Position numbers and translations under genes: made by a program | NCBI GenBank assembly: GCA_016186145.1 | Contig: JACPMF010000004.1 | Coordinates: forward strand, 345-64,344 | Length of the DNA: 64,000 bases | DNA from: Candidatus Sungiibacteriota bacterium | GTDB lineage: Bacteria > Patescibacteriota > Minisyncoccia > Sungbacterales > SURF-37 | Reading direction: 5' to 3' | Notes under the pieces: generated by a model | Database searches by the model: none | Told to the model about the DNA's origin: nothing | What the model saw: only the letters and a program-made list of their open reading frames with translations | Part shown: positions 17,704 through 28,124 of the stretch, in pieces | How the letters are laid out: each line of letters begins with the position of its first letter | Position numbering within the stretch: the first letter of the stretch is position 1

Positions 17704-19101
17704 CTAATTGAGTATTAAATTAAAATCAAACGCGGGAAGACCGTAAGTAAAACGGGCGTAGGTAACAAATCCGCCAATAACGGCAAGCGCGACGATGGAA
17801 AAAAATGCGATCTGCCGTTTTGGCGAAGATGCAAAAAACTTATGAGCAGATATTTTTTCAACTCCTAAAGCAAGAAGCCCTATGCCAAAAAGATACGCCG
17901 GGAAATAATGATAAAGGAATGTGCTCCTGTGGACTATGGTCGCAAAAGGAAGAAGCGAGCCGATGTAGCCGGCAAGCAGTATCAACACGATCGATGGCAA
18001 TACATTTTTTTCTTTACGGACGAGGCTGTAAATAAAGCGGCGTACGGCGGCAACCGCAATAATCACCGAAAGAGTCGCGCCAAACCAAACGGACGGATTG
18101 CCGTAGAGAGTAAGCGAACGGCTTTCATCGCCGTAGTAAAGCATCGGAAGCTGCATCGCTGGCCATAAATACCACGGACTTTGCAAATAATGGATGCCGC
18201 CCAACGTATAGTTTCCGAATGAAAGAAACCATTGAACAAGGGTTGCTGCCATGAATTGCACAGCAGCGCTGGATGCAGTAACGCTGGCAGGAGGAAAAAA
18301 CCGCTCCCCCATAAACCCATCTCTATAGAACACCGCTAAAAGTTCGACCGGCGAGAAAAAAAGGAAATTTGCGAGATAACCAAAAAAAAGCAGCGCTACC
18401 GCAACCGTACAAAAAACTTTCAGACGGCTCCAGAAGATTTTATCGCCCGTTTTCCCGCTAAGAAACGCGGCCACAAGAGCCGGAGCTAAAAACGTTATAG
18501 CAGTCAGCTTGACGCTCAAAGAAAGCCCAAACATGGCCCCGGCAAGATAAGGACTCTTATTTCTGTCAAAAAATAACCATAGGGCCGCGAAACCAAATGC
18601 AAGGAACATGCCGTTTAACAATATAAGGCGCGTTTCGAGAATAAACGCGTTCTCAAAAGTAACCATAAAAGCGCCGAAAAGCGCGCCGGCCTCTCCAAGG
18701 CCAACCGACCGGAGAAAAAGGTAAAAAAAGAGCGCGAGGGCGACGCCGAAAAGCGAAGCAAAAATCCGAAGCGCAACATAAGGATAGCTGCCGAAAGAAC
18801 GATCAAGTTTATTGACCCAAGGGCCGCCGTCTTTCGCGTGTTCAAAGGATATAAAATTCGCGCCAGCAAATTTGTCGTTCGGAAAAAAAGAGAGCGCTCC
18901 GGCAAACAAAATCTTACCGAGCGGCGGATGGATATCCCAAAACGGACGATCGTTTAAATAGTATGCGGCGTAACTTGCAAAATGCGCCTCGTCAAAAACG
19001 GGAGAAGCCGGATATGAGATACGATAAAAGTGCAGTCCGGCGCTAAGAATTAAAATTGCGGCGAGAATATAAACCTTTGGTTTGAAAGAAAAAATAGCCA
19101 T
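17704..19101 (-). CDS. PMT-family (GT-C) protein O-mannosyltransferase-like membrane protein
   Basis: VFDEAHF, DIHPPLGK, SVKLT, H.LQSPWYLWP, GNPSVW, FLYHYFPA; start trimmed to ATG 19101. Confidence 0.85.
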   Translation of the reverse strand: MAIFSFKPKVYILAAILILSAGLHFYRISYPASPVFDEAHFASYAAYYLNDRPFWDIHPPLGKILFAGALSFFPNDKFAGANFISFEHAKDGGPWVNKLDRSFGSYPYVALRIFASLFGVALALFFYLFLRSVGLGEAGALFGAFMVTFENAFILETRLILLNGMFLAFGFAALWLFFDRNKSPYLAGAMFGLSLSVKLTAITFLAPALVAAFLSGKTGDKIFWSRLKVFCTVAVALLFFGYLANFLFFSPVELLAVFYRDGFMGERFFPPASVTASSAAVQFMAATLVQWFLSFGNYTLGGIHYLQSPWYLWPAMQLPMLYYGDESRSLTLYGNPSVWFGATLSVIIAVAAVRRFIYSLVRKEKNVLPSIVLILLAGYIGSLLPFATIVHRSTFLYHYFPAYLFGIGLLALGVEKISAHKFFASSPKRQIAFFSIVALAVIGGFVTYARFTYGLPAFDFNLILN

Positions 19102-19320
19102 GCTCCGCAAATCTGCGTATATATAAGAATTGTAATTGAGTAGCGAAGTGAAATCAATTCTATCTGATTGCTGTAAAATCCAGCGATCGCTGGAAAATAC
19201 GGCAACGATAAAAAGTGGAAGATTAAAAAGGTGAAAGGGATAAAAATGGCAAATTAAATTGCCCTCCCCTGCGACCGCGTCTGCGATCTGCAAGGGAGGG
19301 CTGCTGCTGGCCGTCGGCGC

Positions 19321-19740
19321 CTATTGAGTCACGATCACCCGACGGCCGTTCGGGTAATCGCAGAAAACGCGGCCGGTCTTGACGAACCATCCCGGACCCC
19401 CGTTGGGGTCCGACATATTCGTCCACTCCTCCGACATCCTGCCCGGAGGCATGCAAATGACCGGCCTACGGAGGGGCGGCGCTGGGATCACGGTGATCAC
19501 CGGCTGGCTCACCACTTGCGGCCCGCCGGGCACCCAGATCACCGGCTGGCCGTTGGCGGCACGGTTGAAGTCGTAAATCGCGCCGGCACCGCCGCCGATC
19601 GCGGCACCGATCGCGGCTCCATGGCCGCCGCCGATCGCAGCACCCACACCAGCGCCGATCGCGCCGCCGACGAGAGTCCCGCAACCGGCAAGCGCAACCA
19701 CAGAAAGAAGAAGAACAGAAACGAGCAAGCGGCTCTTCAT
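19321..19740 (-). CDS. glycine-zipper lipoprotein
   Basis: Lipobox LAGC, GGAIGAGVGAAIGGG repeats; GC-rich coding region. Confidence 0.75.
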   Translation of the reverse strand: MKSRLLVSVLLLSVVALAGCGTLVGGAIGAGVGAAIGGGHGAAIGAAIGGGAGAIYDFNRAANGQPVIWVPGGPQVVSQPVITVIPAPPLRRPVICMPPGRMSEEWTNMSDPNGGPGWFVKTGRVFCDYPNGRRVIVTQ

Positions 19741-19931
19741 GTTTGGCCCTCCTTTGGCCTTTATTCACGAGGCGAAATTGTCAGCGATCTTATAGCGCTT
19801 TGAGTATAGCATATTTTTACTCCGAAGTCAATATCCAAAAAGCCCGTAGATACTGCGCTTTTGTACTACAGAAAAACAAAATCCCGGGATCACCCGGGAT
19901 TTTATTGTTTCCTTGATCAAAGAAAAATCTA

Positions 19932-20267
19932 TTAACCGCCGAGAAAAGACGCAACAAAACTCTTGGCAACTCGGGCAAAAAGCGCTACCGCAATACCAAC
20001 CAACCCCCAAATAAGAGATTTTCGGGCAGTCGCCACTTTCTCTTCATTCCCGGCCGCAGTCAAAAATTGAAACGCGGCAACCAATATCATGATTATCGCA
20101 AGAATGAAAACAATTGCCTCAAACCATGTGGCGATTTGGTTAATTAAGTTGATAAGCTGTGAAACGCTCGACGGACCGGCGCCAGTTTGCGCAAGGGCAA
20201 CAAGCGGAAGTATCGTTACTCCGCCTGCAGCCGCTCCGATATAAGCCTTCTTAAATAAATTATACAT
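19932..20267 (-). CDS. TrbC/VirB2-like pilin (CPR type)
   Basis: Signal ending ALA-Q, TM-TAAGNEEKVATARKSLIW-TM. Confidence 0.85.
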   Translation of the reverse strand: MYNLFKKAYIGAAAGGVTILPLVALAQTGAGPSSVSQLINLINQIATWFEAIVFILAIIMILVAAFQFLTAAGNEEKVATARKSLIWGLVGIAVALFARVAKSFVASFLGG

Positions 20268-20379
20268 ATGATGATGGATCTTTATGATATTACCAACCTC
20301 GACCTTTTATGTTAAAAAAATAATTCGCGTCGACCAACTTATGGAGTACGCGGAGGAATAATGTTTGTTATTTTGGTTT

Positions 20380-20727
20380 TTATATTTTTAATTTTGGTTC
20401 CGGTACCCCCAGAACATTAGCTACGAAACTTGCCGCAAGCTGGGCAACAAGTGCTACCGCGATGCCGAGGAGCGCATAAAGAAGCGTCCTCCTTGCCATA
20501 TCAACCCGTTCTTGATTTCCTGCTGCGGTGATGAAAAGAAAGGCGGCAACTAATATCATTATTATCGCAATGATAAAAATGATGGCCGTAAACCAACGCA
20601 CAATCTGGTCAAGCTGAACAGCTAAATCAGTAACTGACGTCAGCGCCGCAAACGCAAAAAAAGGAAGCACCAGCACCGTTGCTATCCCAAATACCGCGAT
20701 GTTCAAAAAGACCTTTTTTCTCAACAT
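20380..20727 (-). CDS. TrbC/VirB2-like pilin
   Basis: TM-TAAGNQERVDMARRTL-TM, paralogous to neighbour. Confidence 0.85.
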   Translation of the reverse strand: MLRKKVFLNIAVFGIATVLVLPFFAFAALTSVTDLAVQLDQIVRWFTAIIFIIAIIMILVAAFLFITAAGNQERVDMARRTLLYALLGIAVALVAQLAASFVANVLGVPEPKLKI

Positions 20728-20743
20728 ATTTCACTTCTCAATC

Positions 20744-21130
20744 CTATGGCTGACCGCCTTTTAACACATCTTGAATTATATAGATAAATCCCTGGCCAAT
20801 CAAGACAATCGCAAGCCCAACCAATGCCCATGTCAATGCTTGCCGCGCCTTCTTAACCTTCTCCGGGTTCCCTGCGGAAAACATGTACAAAAGCCCTGCA
20901 TAAAGTATCACGAGAACCGATACGGGTGTTACGATCTTTGTGGCAAAGACAGTTATAGCTCCGACTATTTCAGTAAAACTCTCGGCTTTAATAGGGTTCG
21001 CAATCTTTCCCTGGGCATAAGAAATTCTTGAAAAAAAGAAAGAGCCCGCATAAACGGCAAACCGGACACCGTCAAGAACTCTAAAGCGGCTCATCATTTT
21101 CGAATCGCGCGCGCAAGAGGTATTGACCAC
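20744..21130 (-). CDS. TrbC/VirB2-like pilin (start probably 21097)
   Basis: NPIKAESF, TM-SAGNPEKVKKARQALTW-TM. Confidence 0.85.
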   Translation of the reverse strand: MVNTSCARDSKMMSRFRVLDGVRFAVYAGSFFFSRISYAQGKIANPIKAESFTEIVGAITVFATKIVTPVSVLVILYAGLLYMFSAGNPEKVKKARQALTWALVGLAIVLIGQGFIYIIQDVLKGGQP

Positions 21131-21283
21131 TCAAAAATAACCGTGCCGACAAAATACAATAACGCCGCGATAAATCTTGTGTCTATTGCTTCCATATTGT
21201 TTAGTATAGCATAACAACCGACGTAAGTTATACACACCCAGCAACCGGAAACTCTAAACTCTAAAATTACCGGCCTAAAGAAT

Positions 21284-21748
21284 TTACAGCCTACACGCTC
21301 CTGAAGGAAGCTCGTTCCACGGAGCAAGCGTGCCAATGAATTTGCCGGCCGAACTTGTATCAAGATTGCCGGTAAGAACCTTAATTATAGTGCTAACTAA
21401 AAGCCATGAAATAAACACTATAACAACTCCGATAATGGCATTGGTAAGAATTTTCTTTCCTGCCGTCACTCGCGACTCCGAGGCCGCGCCAAACATAATC
21501 ATAAGGCCGCCGACGACTATCATCAACCCGGCAAGAGGAATGGCTATATTCGTAATAAGAAATTTGGTGATGCGTATTCCGAGAACCGCGAGGTCACAAA
21601 TAGTACACGCCGGCTGTATCGTACCGTCAGGGTTCGTGCCACCGCAATGAACAAGGCCTTGGGCAAGGACAATAGAGGGTAGAGCAAATAATACAACTAC
21701 TAAAGCCGAGGCCAGTAAAATATAATTGCTATGACTTAAAAACTTCAT
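21284..21748 (-). CDS. TrbC/VirB2-like pilin with N-terminal Cys motif
   Basis: GLVHCG...ACTICDL, TM-GAASESRVTAGKKILTNA-TM. Confidence 0.85.
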   Translation of the reverse strand: MKFLSHSNYILLASALVVVLFALPSIVLAQGLVHCGGTNPDGTIQPACTICDLAVLGIRITKFLITNIAIPLAGLMIVVGGLMIMFGAASESRVTAGKKILTNAIIGVVIVFISWLLVSTIIKVLTGNLDTSSAGKFIGTLAPWNELPSGACRL

Positions 21749-21845
21749 GCTATATCATCAGCGAATTGCGAATCGGTCGCGAATATGCGAATCTTACGAT
21801 TCATTATTATTCGCAAATTCGAAGGGATTCGTTATTCGCTGATTT
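21744..21845. repeat. CGAAT/ATTCG-repeat hairpin element, copy 1
   Basis: TTCATGCTATATCATCAGCGAATTGCGAATC...GATTCGTTATTCGCTGATTT; similar to 23711-23805. Confidence 0.75.
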
Positions 21846-21853
21846 ATCTCATA

Positions 21854-23164
21854 TTACCGCGTCGGATTTAATAAACTATTAACCCTTACATTCGCCCTCC
21901 CAACAGCATCTCCGGCCGATGCTGACTTATTTACCACGGAATTGATCATTTCTTTTAAAATTTCGCTGACCTTCACGTCATCCGGAACCAACCACGTACG
22001 CGCGGCAAGCACTTGGCCATAGAAAACTTCGAGATAATCTTCTGTAGGGCGTCCACCAACAAGATCGCGGCGGCTGGGAGCAAGACCAAGGGAATCCGCA
22101 AAGAATTTATTGTTGTCGCGATCAGCCAACCAAAACAAAAACCTCCACGCCTCAACCGGATTCCTTGATTGTTTTGCAACACCGTTAAACCGATACCGGC
22201 CGTAGTAAACCTTGACCGTCGTATCTTTCGGCTGCGGGAACGAAGAAATATCAAAAGCGAGATGAGGATTTTTCCCCTCAATCCGAGGCACGTCTTCCGC
22301 ATACCCGAAAACGATCGCTGTCTTCCCTTGCGCAAACGCATCAAGAGAGTTCGGGAAAAAACTTGACCATGAATAGGTCCGCTTAACGCTATCCGCAAAC
22401 GCAGTGTAAAAACTAAGCGCTGATTCGGCCGGCCCCACGAAGTCGCCGGGAGATCGCAAACCCGCAAGTCCGCTTGTTAAATTCTTCCTATTCACAAGCT
22501 CAACACCCGATTGGGCCAAAAGCGCAGAAAGAATATCAACCGCATGTTCTACGTTTGCTGCCGTGCCGAGGGCGATACCGGAACGAGAGACCGTACCCAC
22601 CTCTGAATAACTCGTAAGGCGCGCTGCAACATCAACAAGCTCTTCCCATGTTTTAGGGGGCAGGGCGATATTAGCGGAATTGAAAAAATCGCGATTATAA
22701 AAAAGCGCCAGCGTATCAACGGTAAGCGGAAGTCCAATAATGTTGCCGTCGGGTGTTATCAAATCTTCTTCGGCAGCGCCAAAAAAAGTGCTGCGAAAAT
22801 CCCGCGGGCGGAACAAAAGTACTTCTTGCGGCAAAAGCGAAAGCTTATCTTTATGCTTAACAATTTGAGTGTTTGAGAGCGTAAAAATATCAGGTCCCGT
22901 TCCGGAAGCAAGCGCGTTTAAGAGCTCCTGCTCATAGGTTTCCTGGTTTTTCTTTACGTATGCGATCCTAACATTCGGGAACGCCGCGGTATAGCGCGCG
23001 AATGCTTCTTGCCAAAGCCGGCCCTCTTCGAGACTCCATACGGTAAGAGCAATAGAGGGCGGCCTTTGTCTGCGACCGAGCGGAATAATGTCAAAAACAA
23101 CAAGAAGGGCCGTGAGCACGATAACGCCTATAACACCGAACATTATAATCTGGGCTCTGTTCAT
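21854..23164 (-). CDS. extracellular solute-binding protein (family 1-like)
   Basis: N-terminal anchor, ALASGTGPDIF, LALFYNRDFF, PPKTWEEL, AFAQGK. Confidence 0.88.
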   Translation of the reverse strand: MNRAQIIMFGVIGVIVLTALLVVFDIIPLGRRQRPPSIALTVWSLEEGRLWQEAFARYTAAFPNVRIAYVKKNQETYEQELLNALASGTGPDIFTLSNTQIVKHKDKLSLLPQEVLLFRPRDFRSTFFGAAEEDLITPDGNIIGLPLTVDTLALFYNRDFFNSANIALPPKTWEELVDVAARLTSYSEVGTVSRSGIALGTAANVEHAVDILSALLAQSGVELVNRKNLTSGLAGLRSPGDFVGPAESALSFYTAFADSVKRTYSWSSFFPNSLDAFAQGKTAIVFGYAEDVPRIEGKNPHLAFDISSFPQPKDTTVKVYYGRYRFNGVAKQSRNPVEAWRFLFWLADRDNNKFFADSLGLAPSRRDLVGGRPTEDYLEVFYGQVLAARTWLVPDDVKVSEILKEMINSVVNKSASAGDAVGRANVRVNSLLNPTR

Positions 23165-23169
23165 ATAAA

Positions 23170-23715
23170 CTACTTTTTATAAAGTAACCCGTAATGATGG
23201 GACCCCGCCTCAAATTCTCGGTCGTAAGAAAACCCGGCTCGCGAAAGAAAAGATTGCACGGCCCTCTTGTTTAACCGCATATCCGAAGGTGGACCGCCGG
23301 GAAACGGAGTTTCATCCCACTCAATAACCGCGACCCGGGCTCCTATTTTCAAGATTCGATGCGCTTCCATCAAAACTTCAAACTTTTTTTCAACCTGAAA
23401 AAGAATATTAGAAATCACGACAAGATTCACGGACTCGGCCGGCAAATGCGTTCCCTCCGAAAGTTCGAGATCAGCCCACACGGTCTCAACATTCAACAAA
23501 TGCTCAAGCCGCGCCCTTGATTTAACCAGATCAAGCGCCCGCTTTTGGACATCGAATGCAAAAACTTTTCCTTCCTCCCCGACCCGTCGCGCAAGAGGAA
23601 GTGTGTAAAAACCCGCCCCCGCTCCGAAATCGGCGACATGCATTCCTTTAATCACCTCGAGGTAACTAACGACACGCTCCGGGTTTAAGAAAGATGTGGG
23701 TTGAGAAATATTCAT
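23170..23715 (-). CDS. class I SAM-dependent methyltransferase
   Basis: VADFGAGAGFY, VFAFDVQ, HRILK.G. Confidence 0.88.
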   Translation of the reverse strand: MNISQPTSFLNPERVVSYLEVIKGMHVADFGAGAGFYTLPLARRVGEEGKVFAFDVQKRALDLVKSRARLEHLLNVETVWADLELSEGTHLPAESVNLVVISNILFQVEKKFEVLMEAHRILKIGARVAVIEWDETPFPGGPPSDMRLNKRAVQSFLSRAGFSYDREFEAGSHHYGLLYKK

Positions 23716-23805
23716 GTTATATCATCAACGAATTACGAATCAATCGCGAATGTACGAATCTTACGACCCATTGCTATTCGTAAAAGATTCGTTATTCGTT
23801 GATTT
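23711..23805. repeat. CGAAT/ATTCG-repeat hairpin element, copy 2
   Basis: TTCATGTTATATCATCAACGAATTACGAATC...GATTCGTTATTCGTTGATTT. Confidence 0.75.
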
Positions 23806-23808
23806 GCT

Positions 23809-26277
23809 TCAGAGCACTATTACTGAAGCTACCGCATCTCCCTCGTCGAGCCTCATGACCCGCACACCCTGTGTGGCGCGCGAGAGAACCGGAATCGCAG
23901 AAAGAGGTGTGCGAATAACTTGTCCTCTTCGCGAGATAGCGATAAGCTCCGTTTCTTCAGAAAGAGCGTGCATGCTCACAATGATGCCGTTTTTCGGGGT
24001 AACCTTCGCGGTCTTTATACCGGATCCCCCTCGATGCTGGCGTTTATAGTCACTGATCGGCGTCCGTTTGCCATACCCGCGCTCGGACATAACAAGAAGT
24101 TCTTTGGCCTTTTTTCCAACGTCAGTAATAACATCAAAACCAATAACCTCATCGCCTTTCTTAAGCCGAATCGCCTTCACGCCCGATGCTGTCCTTCCCA
24201 TGGGCCGAATATCGCGCTCTGAAAACCGTATCGCCTGCCCGAACTTTGTCACCATCGCAATTTCATCTTTCCCGCGAGTAATTTTTACCCAGCGAAGCGA
24301 ATCGTCCTTCTTTAAAGTAATCGCCGCGAGCCCGGAACGGCGCACATTTTCAAACGCGCTGCCGGCAACTTTTTTAATAATACCATTCCTCGTCGCCATC
24401 ACTAAATAACCCTCATTCTTCTGGTCTTTAGAACGCTTCGGAGCGGCAAGAATCGAATGCACGGCATCGCTGCCTCCTATAGAAATGAAATTGTGGACCG
24501 CCTTACCTTTTGAGACCCTGGATCCTTCCGGAATTTCGTATGCTTTAATCTGGTACACCCTCCCTCCGGCAGTGAAAAACAAAAGATCGGAATGAGTATT
24601 CGCGGTGATGAAATGTTCTACCACGTCTTCTTCTTTTGTTTCGATCCCGATCGTCCCCTTCCCGCCGCGTTTCTGAAGCCGATAGCTTTCCGGACTAACC
24701 CGCTTCACATACCCGCCCCTGGTCAAAACGACAACCGTCTCTTCTTCCGGAACGATATCTTCTTCTGCAATTTCTTTGGCAGCGTTCCTTACCACCATAG
24801 TCCTCCGTTCGTCTGCATATTTTTCTTTGACTTCTGCGAATTCCTTTTTCACAACGTTAAGGATTTTTCTACGGTCTTTCAAAAGCGCCTCAAGTTCTTT
24901 AATAAGCGCTATTTTTTCTTTCAGCTCGTCTTCTATTTTTTGCTTCTCGAGCGCAGCGAGCGTTGAAAGCCTCATCTCCAAAATAGCCGATGCCTGCGCA
25001 TCGGAAAACTTGAAGCGCGCCATTAAATTCTTATGGGCGTCCTCGCGATCGCGTGATTTTTTTATCAGCTGTATTACGGCATCAATGTGATCGAGCGCCT
25101 TTTTCAGGCCTTCAAGGATATGCGCGCGTTCTTTGGCCCGAGCAAGATCGAATTCGGACCGGCGGCGAACCACAACCTCCCGATGCTTCAAGTACTCTTC
25201 AAGCGCGCTCTTAACGGACAACACCTGCGGCTGGATGCCGTCGACGAGTGCAAGCATATTCAAATTAAACTTCTTCTCGAGATCGGTAAATTTATAAAGC
25301 CCGTTTAAGACTTTTTGCGGAAAAGCGTCCTGCTTCAAATCAATAACAACCGAAAGCCCGTCTTTGTCGGATTCGTCCCGAATATCTTTTATTCCGTCTA
25401 TTTTTTTGTCTTTGACAAGTTCGGCGACTCTCATGACCATTTCGGCTTTATTCACCTGATACGGGATTTCGCTTATAACGATCTGTTTTGCGGCCCTGCC
25501 CTCTTGCCCTGAGCCTGTCGAACGGGTTTTTTCAACAATCTCCGCCCTGCCGCGCGTCAGAATGGCCCCACGCCCCGTTGCATAGGCCTGACGGATTTCC
25601 TTTTCGTTGAAGATAAAACCGCCGGTTGGAAAATCCGGCCCTTTGATAAAATCCATGAGTTCATCGACGGAAGCATTCGGATGGTCGGCCAGAAAAACAA
25701 GCGCATCAATAACCTCTCCGAGGTTATGCGGAGGAATATTGGTCGCCATGCCGACCGCAATCCCAAGCGTCCCGTTCAAAAGCAAATTCGGGAGAGCCGC
25801 GGGGAGCACCACGGGCTCTTTTCGGGTAGCGTCATAATTCTCCGTAAAATCAACCGTGTCCTTATCGATGTCTTTCAAAAGCTCTTCGGCAATCCTCGTC
25901 ATTTTTGCTTCGGTGTAACGCTGGGCCGCAGCGGCGTCTCCGTCAACCGACCCGAAATTCCCTTGTCCATAAACAAGGGGATAGCGAAGCGAAAATTGCT
26001 GGGCCATTCTTACTAAAGCATCATAAACCGCAAGGTCTCCATGCGGGTGATATTTACCAAGCACCTCGCCGACAATCCTTGCCGACTTTACAAACTTCAC
26101 GTTCGGCCGCAATCCCAACTCATGCATGGCATACAAAATCCTGCGGTGCACCGGTTTTAACCCATCGCGCACATCCGGCAAAGCGCGTGCGACAATAACC
26201 GACATTGCATAGTCAAGGTAAGACTCCCGCATCTCGTCGATTATTTCTCGATTTTGAATTTTACCTATGTCTGCCAT
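23809..26277 (-). CDS. gyrA: DNA gyrase subunit A
   Basis: [39 protein letters not shown], GyrA box QKRGGKG; start trimmed to ATG 26277. Confidence 0.98.
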   Translation of the reverse strand: MADIGKIQNREIIDEMRESYLDYAMSVIVARALPDVRDGLKPVHRRILYAMHELGLRPNVKFVKSARIVGEVLGKYHPHGDLAVYDALVRMAQQFSLRYPLVYGQGNFGSVDGDAAAAQRYTEAKMTRIAEELLKDIDKDTVDFTENYDATRKEPVVLPAALPNLLLNGTLGIAVGMATNIPPHNLGEVIDALVFLADHPNASVDELMDFIKGPDFPTGGFIFNEKEIRQAYATGRGAILTRGRAEIVEKTRSTGSGQEGRAAKQIVISEIPYQVNKAEMVMRVAELVKDKKIDGIKDIRDESDKDGLSVVIDLKQDAFPQKVLNGLYKFTDLEKKFNLNMLALVDGIQPQVLSVKSALEEYLKHREVVVRRRSEFDLARAKERAHILEGLKKALDHIDAVIQLIKKSRDREDAHKNLMARFKFSDAQASAILEMRLSTLAALEKQKIEDELKEKIALIKELEALLKDRRKILNVVKKEFAEVKEKYADERRTMVVRNAAKEIAEEDIVPEEETVVVLTRGGYVKRVSPESYRLQKRGGKGTIGIETKEEDVVEHFITANTHSDLLFFTAGGRVYQIKAYEIPEGSRVSKGKAVHNFISIGGSDAVHSILAAPKRSKDQKNEGYLVMATRNGIIKKVAGSAFENVRRSGLAAITLKKDDSLRWVKITRGKDEIAMVTKFGQAIRFSERDIRPMGRTASGVKAIRLKKGDEVIGFDVITDVGKKAKELLVMSERGYGKRTPISDYKRQHRGGSGIKTAKVTPKNGIIVSMHALSEETELIAISRRGQVIRTPLSAIPVLSRATQGVRVMRLDEGDAVASVIVL
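25506..25527. repeat. REP-like motif inserted in frame in gyrA
   Basis: GCCCTGAGCCTGTCGAACGGGT, translating as TRSTGSG within [15 protein letters not shown]. Confidence 0.6.
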
Positions 26278-26440
26278 TTTTGTCAGCGAGCCCCGCGGGC
26301 GAGATGCTACAAAAATGAGCACCCAGCACTAAAATTTTCGCGACTCGTTTTAAAACCAACCCTTCACCATTGACGCCAACACATCGAATCAATAATTACC
26401 ATCGATATAAATTTTAGTGCTGGGCGCCATACTTCAATAC

Positions 26441-27247
26441 TTACTCCGTAAGGTATTCAAAAAAATCACTCATTGCCTGACCCATGATCGCGAAATTACT
26501 GGAAAGTACGGAAACGGGGCTAAATTTTTTAACGGGCTTCACTGCGACCCCCTGGTTACTCTGCCAATCCGCCCTATTTGTCTGGGACATATCGTTCATT
26601 TCAACAAAAACAAGTTGTAAAACATCACCTTCTCCGCCAGAAGCTTCGGGGTCTCCAGAGCCCTCTGACTCGCTCTTCGCCTCATCGCCGACTGAAACTT
26701 CCGATCCTAAAACAAGAACCGCCTCATTCCCGGAGGACGCAAAGACATCAACGGGTTCTTCCTCCAACAAACCGGGTTTATCAGAAAGCGGCTGAACTAC
26801 AGGCGGAAGTTTCTCTTCCGGTCCGCTGCCCTCCTCCGGCAAAACAGGCGACAACTCTGTCATAGCAGGAAGGCTCTGAAGAAAAGGAGAAAGCGCGGAA
26901 AAAAGATTTGCCGTGCCCTCTCTCACAAGCTGAACATTTTCTCTAAAAATACCAAGCGGCCCTTTTAATCCACCCGCGTCTTCCGAAAAAGAATCCTGCC
27001 GCCCCGTTCCGCCGGCAAATGAAATACCGCCCACCCCCGCTTCTCTGCTTTGGTTCACAAAAGCAACACCAAATCGGTTATACATATGACTCGCCCACAA
27101 AGAAAGTATGGTGGTACCAAAAATCAAAAAGCACGCAAGAAACATAGCCCTCCGTTCATAAAGGGGCCGGCCATGAAGTTGGGACATTCCACTTTGAATT
27201 TTAACAACGGTTTTTGCAATCATGCCCACGAAACCTACAACCAACAA
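26441..27247 (-). CDS. hypothetical membrane-anchored protein
   Basis: Single TM then acidic low-complexity region; start uncertain (about 27223). Confidence 0.55.
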   Translation of the reverse strand: MLVVGFVGMIAKTVVKIQSGMSQLHGRPLYERRAMFLACFLIFGTTILSLWASHMYNRFGVAFVNQSREAGVGGISFAGGTGRQDSFSEDAGGLKGPLGIFRENVQLVREGTANLFSALSPFLQSLPAMTELSPVLPEEGSGPEEKLPPVVQPLSDKPGLLEEEPVDVFASSGNEAVLVLGSEVSVGDEAKSESEGSGDPEASGGEGDVLQLVFVEMNDMSQTNRADWQSNQGVAVKPVKKFSPVSVLSSNFAIMGQAMSDFFEYLTE

Positions 27248-27303
27248 CCTACAACAATCCGTCCATATTGTCAGTTATTGGTTGTTGGTTGTTGGTCAAG
27301 CGC

Positions 27304-27945
27304 CTATGCCGGCTGCAACACGACGACTTTTGTCTCTTCCTCCGGCAAATCTTTCTTTTTTATCACAAATTTCTCAAGCGAATCAGCTTCTTTCACGCCC
27401 ATTTCCTTCAAAAACGATTCTTTCCCAGCAAGAGAGGCCCCAAGCTTCGGAATTTTGTAATGCATCGGTATTACGACCCTCGGTTCAATCTGGCTGACAA
27501 CAAAAGCGGCCTGTTTGCCGTCAATCGTATAGGTGCCGCCGATCGGAACCATAAGAATATCTACATCTCCAATTTCTTCCAGAACGTCCTGACGAAGCCG
27601 CTCTTCTCCAAAGTCGCCAAGATGACAAATTTTTGCATCTTCAAGATTGATGATATAGACCGTATTTACACCCCGCTCTTTTCCCGATGCCGAGTCGTGA
27701 AATGTGCGCACACCGCGGACACCAATCCCTTTCACTTCGTATTCTCCGGGCCCGTCTATAATAAATGGTTCTCCTTGAATAGCATTCTGATTTTGATGAT
27801 CAAAATGAGCGTGGGTGATCAGTACCAAATCCGCCTTAAAACGCGGCGGAGTAAGGCCGATTTCTTTTCCAAAGGGATCAATAGCTAAAACAGCCCCGCG
27901 GGACTCGATTTTGAAACATGACTGGCCGTACCACGTGATGACCAT
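27304..27945 (-). CDS. MBL-fold metallo-hydrolase (Lactamase_B_3-like)
   Basis: ITWYGQSCF, THAHFDH, GPGEYEVKG, HLGD, IPMHY. Confidence 0.92.
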   Translation of the reverse strand: MVITWYGQSCFKIESRGAVLAIDPFGKEIGLTPPRFKADLVLITHAHFDHQNQNAIQGEPFIIDGPGEYEVKGIGVRGVRTFHDSASGKERGVNTVYIINLEDAKICHLGDFGEERLRQDVLEEIGDVDILMVPIGGTYTIDGKQAAFVVSQIEPRVVIPMHYKIPKLGASLAGKESFLKEMGVKEADSLEKFVIKKKDLPEEETKVVVLQPA

Positions 27946-28088
27946 AATGAGGAATTATGAATAACGAATTATGAATCAGGGACAATTGAGGCACTCTCCG
28001 CATTCTTAATTCATAATTCCTGATTCCTAATTCAGTTCTAGAATAACATTTTTTTGTAAAGAATAAAAGCTCTTTCCCCTGGCGGGGC

Positions 28089-28117
28089 TTGCAAAAGCAC
28101 GCCCAAATGGGTACTAT
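28089..28117 (+). promoter_or_regulatory. sigma70-like promoter of rpsA
   Basis: TTGCAA-17 nt-TACTAT ending 7 nt before ATG 28125. Confidence 0.5.
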
Positions 28118-28124
28118 GCCACTT

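Noticed and set aside
4776-26277. Alternative genetic code 25 (TGA=Gly) as in Gracilibacteria/Absconditabacteria
   Set aside because: dprA, parB and gyrA end at TGA at expected lengths, and conserved genes have no internal TGA.
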